The notes beneath the pieces were generated by a model. That model was not told the origin of the DNA. It did no database searches and worked only from the letters and a program-made list of their open reading frames with translations. Positions 54,480 to 63,475 of a stretch of DNA of 64,000 nt are shown piece after piece. A program made the position numbers and the translations under genes. Numbering within the stretch: position 1 is the first letter of the stretch; each line of letters begins with the position of its first letter. The DNA is from Parcubacteria group bacterium Gr01-1014_8 (GTDB taxonomy: Bacteria; Patescibacteriota; Minisyncoccia; Phycocordibacterales; UBA2100): NCBI GenBank assembly GCA_007376385.1, contig VMGC01000002.1, positions 96,001 through 160,000 of the forward strand. Direction: 5' to 3'.

Positions 54480-55184
54480 ATGACCAACGAAGCAGATCAA
54501 AGTGGAAAGCATCACATGTCGGAGACGCCTGATTCTGTGCGTTGGAAACAAAGTCTCGCAGGCAAATTGTGTTCACGATTGGAAAAAATTGCAAAAGACA
54601 CAGGTAAAACATTCCGAATGCTCGGGGCAGGGTCATCTGTCGAGGTGTTTGAGTTTGGCGGGGAACGAGCGGAGTTAGTAAAGCACATGGAGAACAGTAC
54701 TGTTGGGGACGTAGGCGGTTCTATACGAAATTACGTAGAATCGTGGGACTACAAACGATTGCCTTGGTGGCGAGACGCACTCATGAGTGAACAGGCACCG
54801 TATGAGTTACTCGACATTCCCGTATCTCGCGCGGCGAGAGATGCCGGGGTTGAGAGGTGGCGAGAGCTTTTTATTCCCGCACAAGTTGTCAATACCTTTG
54901 ATCTTGTTACGCCTGACAATTGGAGAGAAGTGGAGGCAATGAAGGAATGGGTTCGATCTTCGATTACGAACATTCTAGGTCGTATCGTTCGTCCTGATTA
55001 CTCCGTCACATTCTTTGAGAACTCTTTGAGACTCGCGCCTCTCACAGAGGGGGCAATTCTAAGTAAAACAGTCGATAATGAAACATATAGCAGTTTGCTA
55101 AAAAAGATCGAGATCATCGCACCCGCGTTCGAACTGGAATATGCGCGTAAACGTGACAAGCGAAGCAAAACATCTACATCTTGA
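54480..55184 (+). CDS. hypothetical protein
   Basis: 234-aa ORF directly after the 651-aa gene. Confidence 0.4.
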   Translation: MTNEADQSGKHHMSETPDSVRWKQSLAGKLCSRLEKIAKDTGKTFRMLGAGSSVEVFEFGGERAELVKHMENSTVGDVGGSIRNYVESWDYKRLPWWRDALMSEQAPYELLDIPVSRAARDAGVERWRELFIPAQVVNTFDLVTPDNWREVEAMKEWVRSSITNILGRIVRPDYSVTFFENSLRLAPLTEGAILSKTVDNETYSSLLKKIEIIAPAFELEYARKRDKRSKTSTS

Positions 55185-55337
55185 ATGGCAAAAGATCCTA
55201 CGTTCTGTCCGAGTTTGCCGTTGCGTAAAAAAAGTCGGCGTGTTAGCTTGGTGCAATGACGCACATAACAGTCTCAGCACGCCGTCGCGCTGCTTCTACC
55301 TTGAGGCTGTTTGTCAGCGCTTAAACCTTAAACACTG

Positions 55338-55372
55338 ACACGCGGCCTTAAGGAAAAGGTCGCGTGTTTTTT
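55338..55372 (+). terminator. rho-independent terminator-like hairpin with T-tract, 32 nt upstream of argG
   Basis: ACACGCGGCC-TTAAGGAAAA-GGTCGCGTGT followed by TTTTTT. Confidence 0.5.
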
Positions 55373-55403
55373 AATTTAATTAATAATTTTTACAATAATT
55401 GCC

Positions 55404-56675
55404 ATGAAAACAGATAATACGTATAAAAAGATCTCATCATATGAGATAGAGCCTGGCGACGTTGATACCGTGCTTCTCCTCTATTCAGGGGGACTTGATA
55501 CGTCGGTGATGTTGAAATGGATACAAGACCACTACAAAGCAGATCTTGTGACTCTTACCCTGGATATCGGCCAGCAAAAGGACGATCTTGAAGCGATACG
55601 AAAGAAAGCACTGCGCCTGGGCGCAAAAAAGGCGATTGTTCTCGATGCGAAAAAAGAATTTGCAGATGAATTTATCGCTAAAGGGATCAAGGCGAATGCG
55701 TCGTATCAGGGCGAGTATCATCTTTCAACTCCTATCGGCAGAGCCGTAACCGCAAAAAAGGGTGTGGAAGTCGCAAAGAAATTGGGGATTACGTGCATTG
55801 CGCATGGGTGCACCGGAAAAGGCAACGATCAAGTCCGGTTTGAAGGATACATCTTAGCCCACGACCCGAATATGAAGGTCATTGCACCGGTCAGAGAGTG
55901 GAACATGGATAGGAACGAGGAGATAGAATACGCGCGAAAAAATAATATCCCTGTCCCGGCCAAAAAAGATTTTCCTTACTCCGTGGATGACAACATGTGG
56001 GGCATGACATGGGAAGGCGGAGAAGTCGAAGATCCTGCATCAGTGCCGAAAGTCGAGAAATTCCTTACCACGTACACATTGCCTGAAAAGGCGCCAAGCA
56101 CTCCGGAAAAGATAACGCTTGCCTTCAAGAATGGTTTGCCGACAAAACTGAACGGCAAGGCCATGCGCTTGTCAGACCTCATCATTAAACTCAATTCCAT
56201 CGGAGGCAGGCACGGTGTCGGAATTGCGTACATGATCGAGGACAGAATGGTCGGCGTGAAAGACAGGGGCGTCTATGAGCAGCCGGGCGGGCACCTGATT
56301 ATCGAGGCCCACAAAGCACTTGAAAGGTACGTATCAACACGCGACTTGAACGAACTCAAGTCGTCGCTCGACATCAAGTGGGGGTACCTTTGCTATGGCG
56401 CAAAATGGTATGACCCTTCCATGGATGCTATCAACGCGTTCAATGATTCGGTGAATGAAAAAGTTGAAGGCACAGTGACCTTAAAGTTACATAAGGGTTC
56501 CGTAACCGTTATCGCACTCACCTCGCCGTTCGGTCTAAAACACGCGTCGTTCAACAACACAGAAGGGTACAACTTCAATGTGAATGCGAGTGCAGGCTTC
56601 ACGGAAATATATACATTGCAAATGAAGATCGCTAATGACTTGGCAAGAAAACATGCAAGTAAGAAAAAGAAGTAG
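55404..56675 (+). CDS. argG: argininosuccinate synthase
   Basis: LLYSGGLDTSVMLKW N-terminal PP-loop and full-length match to the family. Confidence 0.95.
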   Translation: MKTDNTYKKISSYEIEPGDVDTVLLLYSGGLDTSVMLKWIQDHYKADLVTLTLDIGQQKDDLEAIRKKALRLGAKKAIVLDAKKEFADEFIAKGIKANASYQGEYHLSTPIGRAVTAKKGVEVAKKLGITCIAHGCTGKGNDQVRFEGYILAHDPNMKVIAPVREWNMDRNEEIEYARKNNIPVPAKKDFPYSVDDNMWGMTWEGGEVEDPASVPKVEKFLTTYTLPEKAPSTPEKITLAFKNGLPTKLNGKAMRLSDLIIKLNSIGGRHGVGIAYMIEDRMVGVKDRGVYEQPGGHLIIEAHKALERYVSTRDLNELKSSLDIKWGYLCYGAKWYDPSMDAINAFNDSVNEKVEGTVTLKLHKGSVTVIALTSPFGLKHASFNNTEGYNFNVNASAGFTEIYTLQMKIANDLARKHASKKKK

Positions 56676-56677
56676 GT

Positions 56678-57967
56678 ATGGCAAAGTTATGGCAAAAATC
56701 CGGTAAAAAACTGCATCCACTTGTAGAGAAATATACTGTCGCAACCGACGATGTATTCGATGTGCTGTTGATGCCGTTCGATATCACGGTGTGCAAGACG
56801 CATGCAAAAGGATTGAAACAGATAGGCATTTTGACAGCGAGGGAGCTTAAAAGTCTGCTTGATGCACTCGCTCAACTCGAGCAAGATTGCAAAGAAGGCG
56901 CAGTGCGGATCACGAAAGCGGACGAAGACAGCCATACAGTCATTGAGAATTATCTTGTGAAGAAGCTCGGCGCCGTGGGGAAGAAGATCCATACAGGACG
57001 GAGCCGGAACGAAGTTATTGTCGCAATGCGGTTGTATATGAAGGATGCGCTTGGTCAGTCGAGAAAGCAGTGTCTCCATCTTGCAAGGGAATTTCTTGAC
57101 ATGGCGGATGAACACAAAAACATTCCTATGGCAGGATATTCGCACACGCAGCAGGCGATGCTTTCAAGTATCGGTCATTATTTTTCCGCTTTTGCGGAAA
57201 GTATGTTGGATGATTCAGACGTGCTTCATCTCGCGAAAATGCACCTCGATAAAAGTCCGCTTGGTTCGGCTGCCGGATTCGGTGTTTCTTTGCCGCTTGA
57301 TCGCGTCTATACGGCAAAAGAGCTAGGCTTTGGCAGTATCCAGATAAATTCACTGTATTGCCAAAACTCGCGCGGCAAGTTCGAGAGCCTGTACATGGAA
57401 GCTCTGGCGCAGGTCATGCTTACATTGGGAAGATTTGCAAACGATATGCTGCTCTTTACCTCGCAGGAATTCGATTTTTTCTTGATAGATGACTCGCTTG
57501 TGACAGGCTCAAGCATCATGCCGCATAAGCGAAATCTAGATGCCATGGAAATACTGCGAGGAAATGTGAGCGTGGTCATTGCAAATCAGCTCATGGTAAA
57601 AGATATCGCAAAAAACTTGCTATCCGGATACAACCGGGACGGACAGCTCATGAAAAAACCGATCTTTGAGTCAACACAGATAGTCTTGGACTCACTAAAG
57701 ATCGTAGAGCTCATATTGAAGGGGCTTACCCCAAAGACGGATCGTATCATCGCCAATATCCGCATGGGTATCTTTACCGCGGATATTGCGAATGACCTGG
57801 TTTCAAAAAAGGGTGTCCCATTTCGAGACGCGTATAGACAAGCTGCAGATACAGATGTCGGAAACATAAACCTCATGGCGAACATCGCCTCAAAAAAGAG
57901 CCTAGGTGCTCCAGGCAATCTTGGATTGAAACTGCTTCGAAAGCGAGTTAGTAAGTTATCGATATGA
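56678..57967 (+). CDS. argH: argininosuccinate lyase
   Basis: GSSIMPHKRNLDAMEILRG lyase-1 signature. Confidence 0.95.
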   Translation: MAKLWQKSGKKLHPLVEKYTVATDDVFDVLLMPFDITVCKTHAKGLKQIGILTARELKSLLDALAQLEQDCKEGAVRITKADEDSHTVIENYLVKKLGAVGKKIHTGRSRNEVIVAMRLYMKDALGQSRKQCLHLAREFLDMADEHKNIPMAGYSHTQQAMLSSIGHYFSAFAESMLDDSDVLHLAKMHLDKSPLGSAAGFGVSLPLDRVYTAKELGFGSIQINSLYCQNSRGKFESLYMEALAQVMLTLGRFANDMLLFTSQEFDFFLIDDSLVTGSSIMPHKRNLDAMEILRGNVSVVIANQLMVKDIAKNLLSGYNRDGQLMKKPIFESTQIVLDSLKIVELILKGLTPKTDRIIANIRMGIFTADIANDLVSKKGVPFRDAYRQAADTDVGNINLMANIASKKSLGAPGNLGLKLLRKRVSKLSI

Positions 57968-58890
57968 AGCACGTACTTTCAATTGCAGATCTAACATCCA
58001 AGGAAATTACAGAAATACTGAACCTCGCAAAGAAATTGAAGTCAGAGTTGAAGAAAAAGGGAGCAAATTCACCTCTGTTCAAGAATAAAACACTGGTCAT
58101 GATCTTCGAGAAGCCAAGTCTTCGTACACGGCTTTCGTTCGAGATAGGTATGACACAGCTGGGCGGGCATGCTGTCTATCTGGCTCCGAGCGATATCGGG
58201 CTAGGAAAACGCGAATCGATCGCCGATGCGTCGAAAGTCATATCTCGGATGGGTGACATCATCATGGCGCGTGTATTTTCGCATGAGAACGTGAGGGAAA
58301 TGGCCGCGCACTCCTCTGTGCCTGTGATAAACGCACTGTCTGACCTTGAACATCCATGCCAATCTCTCGCGGACGTAATGACGATGTGGGAACACAAGCG
58401 TTACCTCAAGGGGCTGAAAGTCGCATTCATCGGGGATGGTGAGAACAACGTCACGCACTCGCTGGCGCTCATCTCGGGGCTTCTTGGGATGCATTTTGTA
58501 ACCGCATCGCCCAAAGGGTATTGGATGAACAAGGGCATCGTTGCTCAGGCAAAAAAGTTTGCAGCAAAAAGTGGAGGTTCTATTTCTGAAACCACCAAGC
58601 CTGAAGTCGCAGCCAAAAATGCAGATGTGGTCTACACGGATACATGGGTGAGCATGGGAGACGAGGCAGGAAAGGAACAAAGACTTAAGATCTTTCGCCC
58701 ATATCGAGTGACTAAAAGGCTTATGAGTCTGGCAAAGAAGGATGCCCTCTTTATGCACGACCTCCCCGCGTACCGTGACAATGAAGTTGAGGCGGACGTT
58801 ATCGATGGTCCGAAGTCAGTTGTGTTCCAACAAGCGGAAAATAGGTTGCACGTCCAAAAGGCTATACTAGTGCGTTCATTGCAGAAATGA
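57964..58890 (+). CDS. argF: ornithine carbamoyltransferase
   Basis: SLRTRLSFE carbamoyl-P motif and HDLPAYRDNEV (HCLP-type ornithine site). Confidence 0.85.
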   Translation: MKHVLSIADLTSKEITEILNLAKKLKSELKKKGANSPLFKNKTLVMIFEKPSLRTRLSFEIGMTQLGGHAVYLAPSDIGLGKRESIADASKVISRMGDIIMARVFSHENVREMAAHSSVPVINALSDLEHPCQSLADVMTMWEHKRYLKGLKVAFIGDGENNVTHSLALISGLLGMHFVTASPKGYWMNKGIVAQAKKFAAKSGGSISETTKPEVAAKNADVVYTDTWVSMGDEAGKEQRLKIFRPYRVTKRLMSLAKKDALFMHDLPAYRDNEVEADVIDGPKSVVFQQAENRLHVQKAILVRSLQK

Positions 58891-58925
58891 CGCTTTGTCG
58901 TAATGCGCGATGATAGAATATCGGT

Positions 58926-59348
58926 ATGTCGAGCCAAGAAAAATCGCTTCGCGTTCAAAATATAGAGATCAGAAAAGAGTGGCTAGAAGATCCAAAAAAT
59001 CTTGCTACCCTACTGCAACGATGGCACAAAAAAGCGCTATCGGATGGCAATGAGGAGATGAAACGAGAACTTGAGCAAATACTCACAGTTATAAATGACA
59101 TGAAAAATCCCAGTTCGCACAACTACCCCATGTTTAGGCGATGGGAAGGCTGGGTGGGCGGGAAGCTTGGCATAGATGCTGATCCTGCAAGTCCGGCTGC
59201 TTTCATCGCAGCGGTGAAAGCGGCTGATGGCCGCCAACCCAACGCTTGGTCGTATATACCTGGTTTTGTTACTTCCACTCGAACTCTTTTGCAATCTATT
59301 TTCGAGCAAGAAGGCCTTCTCAACGCAAAGATTGATCTTAGAAAGTGA
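58926..59348 (+). CDS. hypothetical protein
   Basis: 140-aa ORF. Confidence 0.4.
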   Translation: MSSQEKSLRVQNIEIRKEWLEDPKNLATLLQRWHKKALSDGNEEMKRELEQILTVINDMKNPSSHNYPMFRRWEGWVGGKLGIDADPASPAAFIAAVKAADGRQPNAWSYIPGFVTSTRTLLQSIFEQEGLLNAKIDLRK

Positions 59349-59388
59349 GTATTTGGAATGATCGAATGAGAGCCTCTCGACAAAAAAG

Positions 59389-60651
59389 GTGTTCACGGGT
59401 ACGCTAGCTCTCATGTCATACACACCGAACGGTACGATTCTCAAAAAATACGCGGACGTGATGGTCAATTTCGCGCTCGGCAAAGGAAAGGGGATCAAGA
59501 AAGGAGATGTGGTACGGCTCTCCGGCAGCGAATCGTGCAAGCCTCTCTTTATCGCGATACACAATGCCATCATTGATGCAGGCGGGCATGTCATTTCGCA
59601 TTACGGTCCTGATGAAGAAAAAGGCGACAGACGCCGCAACATCAATTTCAGCCGATATTTCTACGAGCACGCGACTGACGAACAGCTGAAGTTTTTTCCG
59701 AAGAATTATCTCAAAGGTGTTGTTGACGACATGGATCACTCGCTGTTCATTTTGGCGGAGAAAGACCCGCACGCGATGGACGGAGTAGACCCAAAGAAGA
59801 TACTGCTCCGCGGGAAGACGATGAAGCCGTTCATGGATTGGCGTCACGAGAAAGAATATAAAGGCAAATTGACCTGGTCCATCTGCATGTACGGAACTGC
59901 TGCGATGGCAAAGGAGGCAGGTCTATCGGAAAAAGAATATTGGAACCAGATAATCAAAGCGTGTTACCTCGATAAGAAAAACCCAATTGCAGTCTGGAAA
60001 AAATTATATCGGGAAATTGAGAGTTACCGGCGAAAACTCTCCGCGCTATCGCCGAAGATCGACCGCCTGCACGTTAAGGGGGTTGACGCTGACCTCTGGA
60101 TACGTTTGGGCGAAAAGCGCCAGTGGCTTGCCGGGCGAGGCTACAACATGCCGTCATTCGAGATATTCACGTCACCCGACTGGCGCGGAACGAACGGATG
60201 GATCCGCTTCAATCAGCCTTTGTATCGTTATGGAACAAAAATGACCGGCATTCAGTTATGGTTCAAAGATGGTCGGGTTATAAAAAGCAAAGCGAAGACG
60301 AACGAAAAATTCTTGAAGCAGATGATAGCCACAGAAAATGCCGATAAGATAGGCGAATACTCCTTGACGGACAGCCGCCACTCTCGCATCACAAAATTCA
60401 TGGCAGAGACTCTGTATGATGAGAACGTCGGTGGACCGCAAGGGAACACACACCTAGCGGTGGGTATGAGCTATCGCGACACATATTCGGGGAATGTTGC
60501 GAAGCTTACTGATGCACAGGCGAAGAAACTCGGATTCAACGATTCTTCTGTACACACGGACATCATCTCCACGACTCGCCGAATTGTAACGGCGCACCTA
60601 AGGAACGGCACACAAAAAGTCATCTACGAAGACGGGAAGTTCGTTTTATAG
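59389..60651 (+). CDS. M29-family aminopeptidase (AmpS/aminopeptidase T-like)
   Basis: N-terminal ILKKYADVMVNFALGKGKGIKKGD and overall length typical of the M29 family. Confidence 0.75.
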   Translation: MFTGTLALMSYTPNGTILKKYADVMVNFALGKGKGIKKGDVVRLSGSESCKPLFIAIHNAIIDAGGHVISHYGPDEEKGDRRRNINFSRYFYEHATDEQLKFFPKNYLKGVVDDMDHSLFILAEKDPHAMDGVDPKKILLRGKTMKPFMDWRHEKEYKGKLTWSICMYGTAAMAKEAGLSEKEYWNQIIKACYLDKKNPIAVWKKLYREIESYRRKLSALSPKIDRLHVKGVDADLWIRLGEKRQWLAGRGYNMPSFEIFTSPDWRGTNGWIRFNQPLYRYGTKMTGIQLWFKDGRVIKSKAKTNEKFLKQMIATENADKIGEYSLTDSRHSRITKFMAETLYDENVGGPQGNTHLAVGMSYRDTYSGNVAKLTDAQAKKLGFNDSSVHTDIISTTRRIVTAHLRNGTQKVIYEDGKFVL

Positions 60652-60703
60652 AAGCTATGGTGGTACCAATGAGGAGCGAAAAACCATGAGATACTAGATC
60701 CTC

Positions 60704-61357
60704 ATGAAAACGATTTATTTTGTGAGGCACGGTGAGACTGAAGGGAATAAAGGTCATTTTTTTCAAGGACCGGATACTCCGCTTACTGATAAAGGCCGCG
60801 CGCAAGCGGCGTTTATTGCCGAACGCGTCTCGAAGCTTCCCATAGAGGTGATATTGTCGAGCGAAATGGAGCGTGCCAAAGATACAGCGGAACATATTTC
60901 CCGCAGCACTGGAAAGTTAGTCGAATTTTCCAAGTTTCTGTTTGAACGAAGAATTCCAAGTGTGCAGGTTGGATCACGGCATAATTCGGAAGAAATGAGG
61001 CATGTCTCGCGCGAGGTCATTGCAAATTTTGGGAAACCAGGCGGACGATATTCGGATGAAGAAAATTTTGACGATCTCAAAGAACGTGCCCGGGATGCTC
61101 TCAATGAACTCGCAGAGCGACCGGAGAACCATATTGTTGCCGTTACTCACGGATTTTTTCTCCGTGTCATTCTAGCGTATGCGCTTTTCGATGAGAAATT
61201 GACACCCGAAATATGCGTCGCATTCTTAAAGGGCGGGCGTGTTGCCAATACGGGACTTACCATTCTTAGATACAAGCATGAAGACCACGAATACTTTGGA
61301 AACTCAGAGAACGGATGGGAGTTTTGGGTCTGGAACGACCATGCGCATTTGGGATAA
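60704..61357 (+). CDS. histidine phosphatase (phosphoglycerate-mutase-like) family protein
   Basis: VRHGETEGN catalytic RHG motif. Confidence 0.75.
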   Translation: MKTIYFVRHGETEGNKGHFFQGPDTPLTDKGRAQAAFIAERVSKLPIEVILSSEMERAKDTAEHISRSTGKLVEFSKFLFERRIPSVQVGSRHNSEEMRHVSREVIANFGKPGGRYSDEENFDDLKERARDALNELAERPENHIVAVTHGFFLRVILAYALFDEKLTPEICVAFLKGGRVANTGLTILRYKHEDHEYFGNSENGWEFWVWNDHAHLG

Positions 61358-61390
61358 ATTGTATGCAAAAGTGTGCGATGATGAGCATGA

Positions 61391-61921
61391 ATGCGTCCTG
61401 ATACTATGGTTGTAGAAAAATACAGAGACGTCATGAAGCTTCCGCACGATATAGAAGCCGAGCTGGACGGTGCGCCTCTGTTTGAAAATTTGGAAGCTGC
61501 AATGGGGACACTTGAGCTCGAGCATAAACGCCGTCGCAACCTTTTAGAGCACGCTGGGAAGGCAGAACGTCTCAACTACCCTGATAAGGCAACTGCGATA
61601 AAAGCAGCGATAATGAATGGAAGGTCAGCAGCAAAAGAAACAGCTGCGTGGGAGGATTTTACGCAGTCGAATCCTTCTGCAGAACAGGCGGCAATAGTTC
61701 TAGCGCACGTCTCTCATTTTAGGTCCGCGAAACCGACGCTGCTCGATATGGCAATTGATTTCTTTCTTCTTCGTATTCAGGAGGTTACTGATGCGAAAAA
61801 ATCAAGAGAGATAGTGGCTCTCGCTGCAAATGCCATTCGCAGCAGGCATCTGGACGATCCCGAAAAAAAAGGATATTTACGGAGACTGCAACTCTTAAAT
61901 GGAGTGGGCGAGGAAAAATGA
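61391..61921 (+). CDS. hypothetical protein
   Basis: 176-aa ORF; its stop overlaps the ATG that opens repeat copy B. Confidence 0.4.
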   Translation: MRPDTMVVEKYRDVMKLPHDIEAELDGAPLFENLEAAMGTLELEHKRRRNLLEHAGKAERLNYPDKATAIKAAIMNGRSAAKETAAWEDFTQSNPSAEQAAIVLAHVSHFRSAKPTLLDMAIDFFLLRIQEVTDAKKSREIVALAANAIRSRHLDDPEKKGYLRRLQLLNGVGEEK

Positions 61922-62014
61922 AAGGTTTCAACCCCCAAGGCAAGCCCTGGACTCTGGAAAACGAGCACCGCTCGTTTCCCAAATTCCGCGGCCTGTCTGC
62001 GTGCATCGCACAGG
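61918..62014 (+). repeat. copy B of the ~97-nt direct repeat
   Basis: Aligned to 34014-34110 with 4 mismatches. Confidence 0.6.
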
Positions 62015-62058
62015 TACACATATATCGGCGGCATTCACCGTGGTACACTGGCACTCCC

Positions 62059-62610
62059 ATGAACACAACGATTACGACAGGGTGGCTGAAGTTTGTCATA
62101 GGATGGACAGCTGTGTTCCTATTCCGCTTGATACCATTCAGACCGCCGAATTTTGAGCCAATGTTGGCGACGATCATGCCGTTCTCAAAGCGATACGGCG
62201 TTGTGGGGAGCTTTTTGTTCGGATTCCTCGGAATTGTTCTCTACGATGCAGTAACGTCCGGCTGGGGGATATGGACACTTGTAACGTCCGTCTGCTACGG
62301 CCTGTTGGGTGTCGGAGCATATTTTTTCTTTAAGAATCGTGAGGCAACGGCAACACATTTTGTGATGTTCGGCGTCCCGAGTACGGTATTGTACGACGCT
62401 GTAACGATGATGATAGGACCCCTCTTCAATGGACAATCTTTTGCTGCGGCGCTCATAGGGCAAATTCCATTCACCGTCATGCATCTTCTTGGAACCATTG
62501 TATTTGCAACACTTCTCAGTCCCGCTTTATACCGCTGGGTCGTTCAAAATGATGTTTTGGAATTTTCTGTTCTATGGATGCAGGTTCGCTCGTTGATCGG
62601 CACTCGTTGA
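62059..62610 (+). CDS. multi-pass membrane protein (possible ECF-transporter S-component-like)
   Basis: 5-6 TM helices. The track ORF begins at 61918 inside the repeat; the internal Met at 62059 is a more plausible start. Confidence 0.5.
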   Translation: MNTTITTGWLKFVIGWTAVFLFRLIPFRPPNFEPMLATIMPFSKRYGVVGSFLFGFLGIVLYDAVTSGWGIWTLVTSVCYGLLGVGAYFFFKNREATATHFVMFGVPSTVLYDAVTMMIGPLFNGQSFAAALIGQIPFTVMHLLGTIVFATLLSPALYRWVVQNDVLEFSVLWMQVRSLIGTR

Positions 62611-62618
62611 AATTACTC

Positions 62619-62683
62619 CTGCTTTATTTCCGAGCCGAGGAGCAAACACAGGTTCAATACCTCGGAGCTTGCTCCGAAGAACC
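62619..62683 (-). repeat. second copy of the hairpin-rich repeat element (reverse-complement orientation relative to 49245)
   Basis: GCCGAGGAGCAAACACAGGTTCAATACCTCGGAGCTTGCTCCGA. Confidence 0.5.
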
Positions 62684-63262
62684 TTTATCTTTGCGAGGGC
62701 GAATAAATACAAATATATCATTCGCCGAGTAGGTGTCATCGGAATTTGCTCGAAGCTCGAGTTGACGTTGTCCCGGAAGAAGAAATCGCATGGGACCAGC
62801 GATAGAAGAAAGTCCAAAAACATGAGACGTATGGGCGCTGACTGGAATAGCTTGCATACCAAGTACCAGGTGTTCGCCAGGAGGTTGATTACGATATTGG
62901 ATACGAAGCAATGGGCCTACTTGAGGTGGACATAATTCGAGCCCATGTGCCACAGCAATTTCACAAATATATTTGTAGAGTCCCGTGCCATGCTTTATTT
63001 TGTCGTAATCGAAACCCAGGCTTCGTGCTGACAGTGTCACTAATTCTACTTCTCTGCTTTTTGGCGCGTCTTGAAATGATGCGGTTTCAAGGAGTTGATG
63101 CGCGTCTTGAGTGATGTAACATCCAGCATCATTGAGCTTCTTCCGGAAAGACGATGCGGATTCCGAATGGGCAGGAAGCATGAGGCGCATGAGAACTGGC
63201 AATTTCTCTATTGATGTATCAGCATGAGCCGTATCCGTATTGGACTTGGGATAGTTTTTCAT
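62654..63262 (-). CDS. hypothetical protein
   Basis: 202-aa ORF; its last 9 codons are encoded by the repeat element, so the real extent is uncertain. Confidence 0.3.
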   Translation of the reverse strand: MKNYPKSNTDTAHADTSIEKLPVLMRLMLPAHSESASSFRKKLNDAGCYITQDAHQLLETASFQDAPKSREVELVTLSARSLGFDYDKIKHGTGLYKYICEIAVAHGLELCPPQVGPLLRIQYRNQPPGEHLVLGMQAIPVSAHTSHVFGLSSIAGPMRFLLPGQRQLELRANSDDTYSANDIFVFIRPRKDKGSSEQAPRY

Positions 63263-63475
63263 TGTGCAAGTGTAAAGCTCCGTATACTTCGTGTCGACTG
63301 CCAGTTATGCTGAGACAGGACGTTGCGCTGGTTTCAACTTGATATATACTTCATTTTTAATGCTCCAACATCTCATCGACCCCAGTACCACAAGCCCTTC
63401 GGGCTTGGCTACGGGGCGAGGTTCATTGCATGAATATACTTGCGCGGGCGTGCAGTCCGTGGAGAAAATAATGTT

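Noticed and set aside
63263-63475. PyrR-binding attenuator upstream of pyrB
   Set aside because: I found a hairpin AAGCCC-TTCG-GGCTT but not the conserved UCCAGAGAGGCU PyrR loop motif. Not supported.
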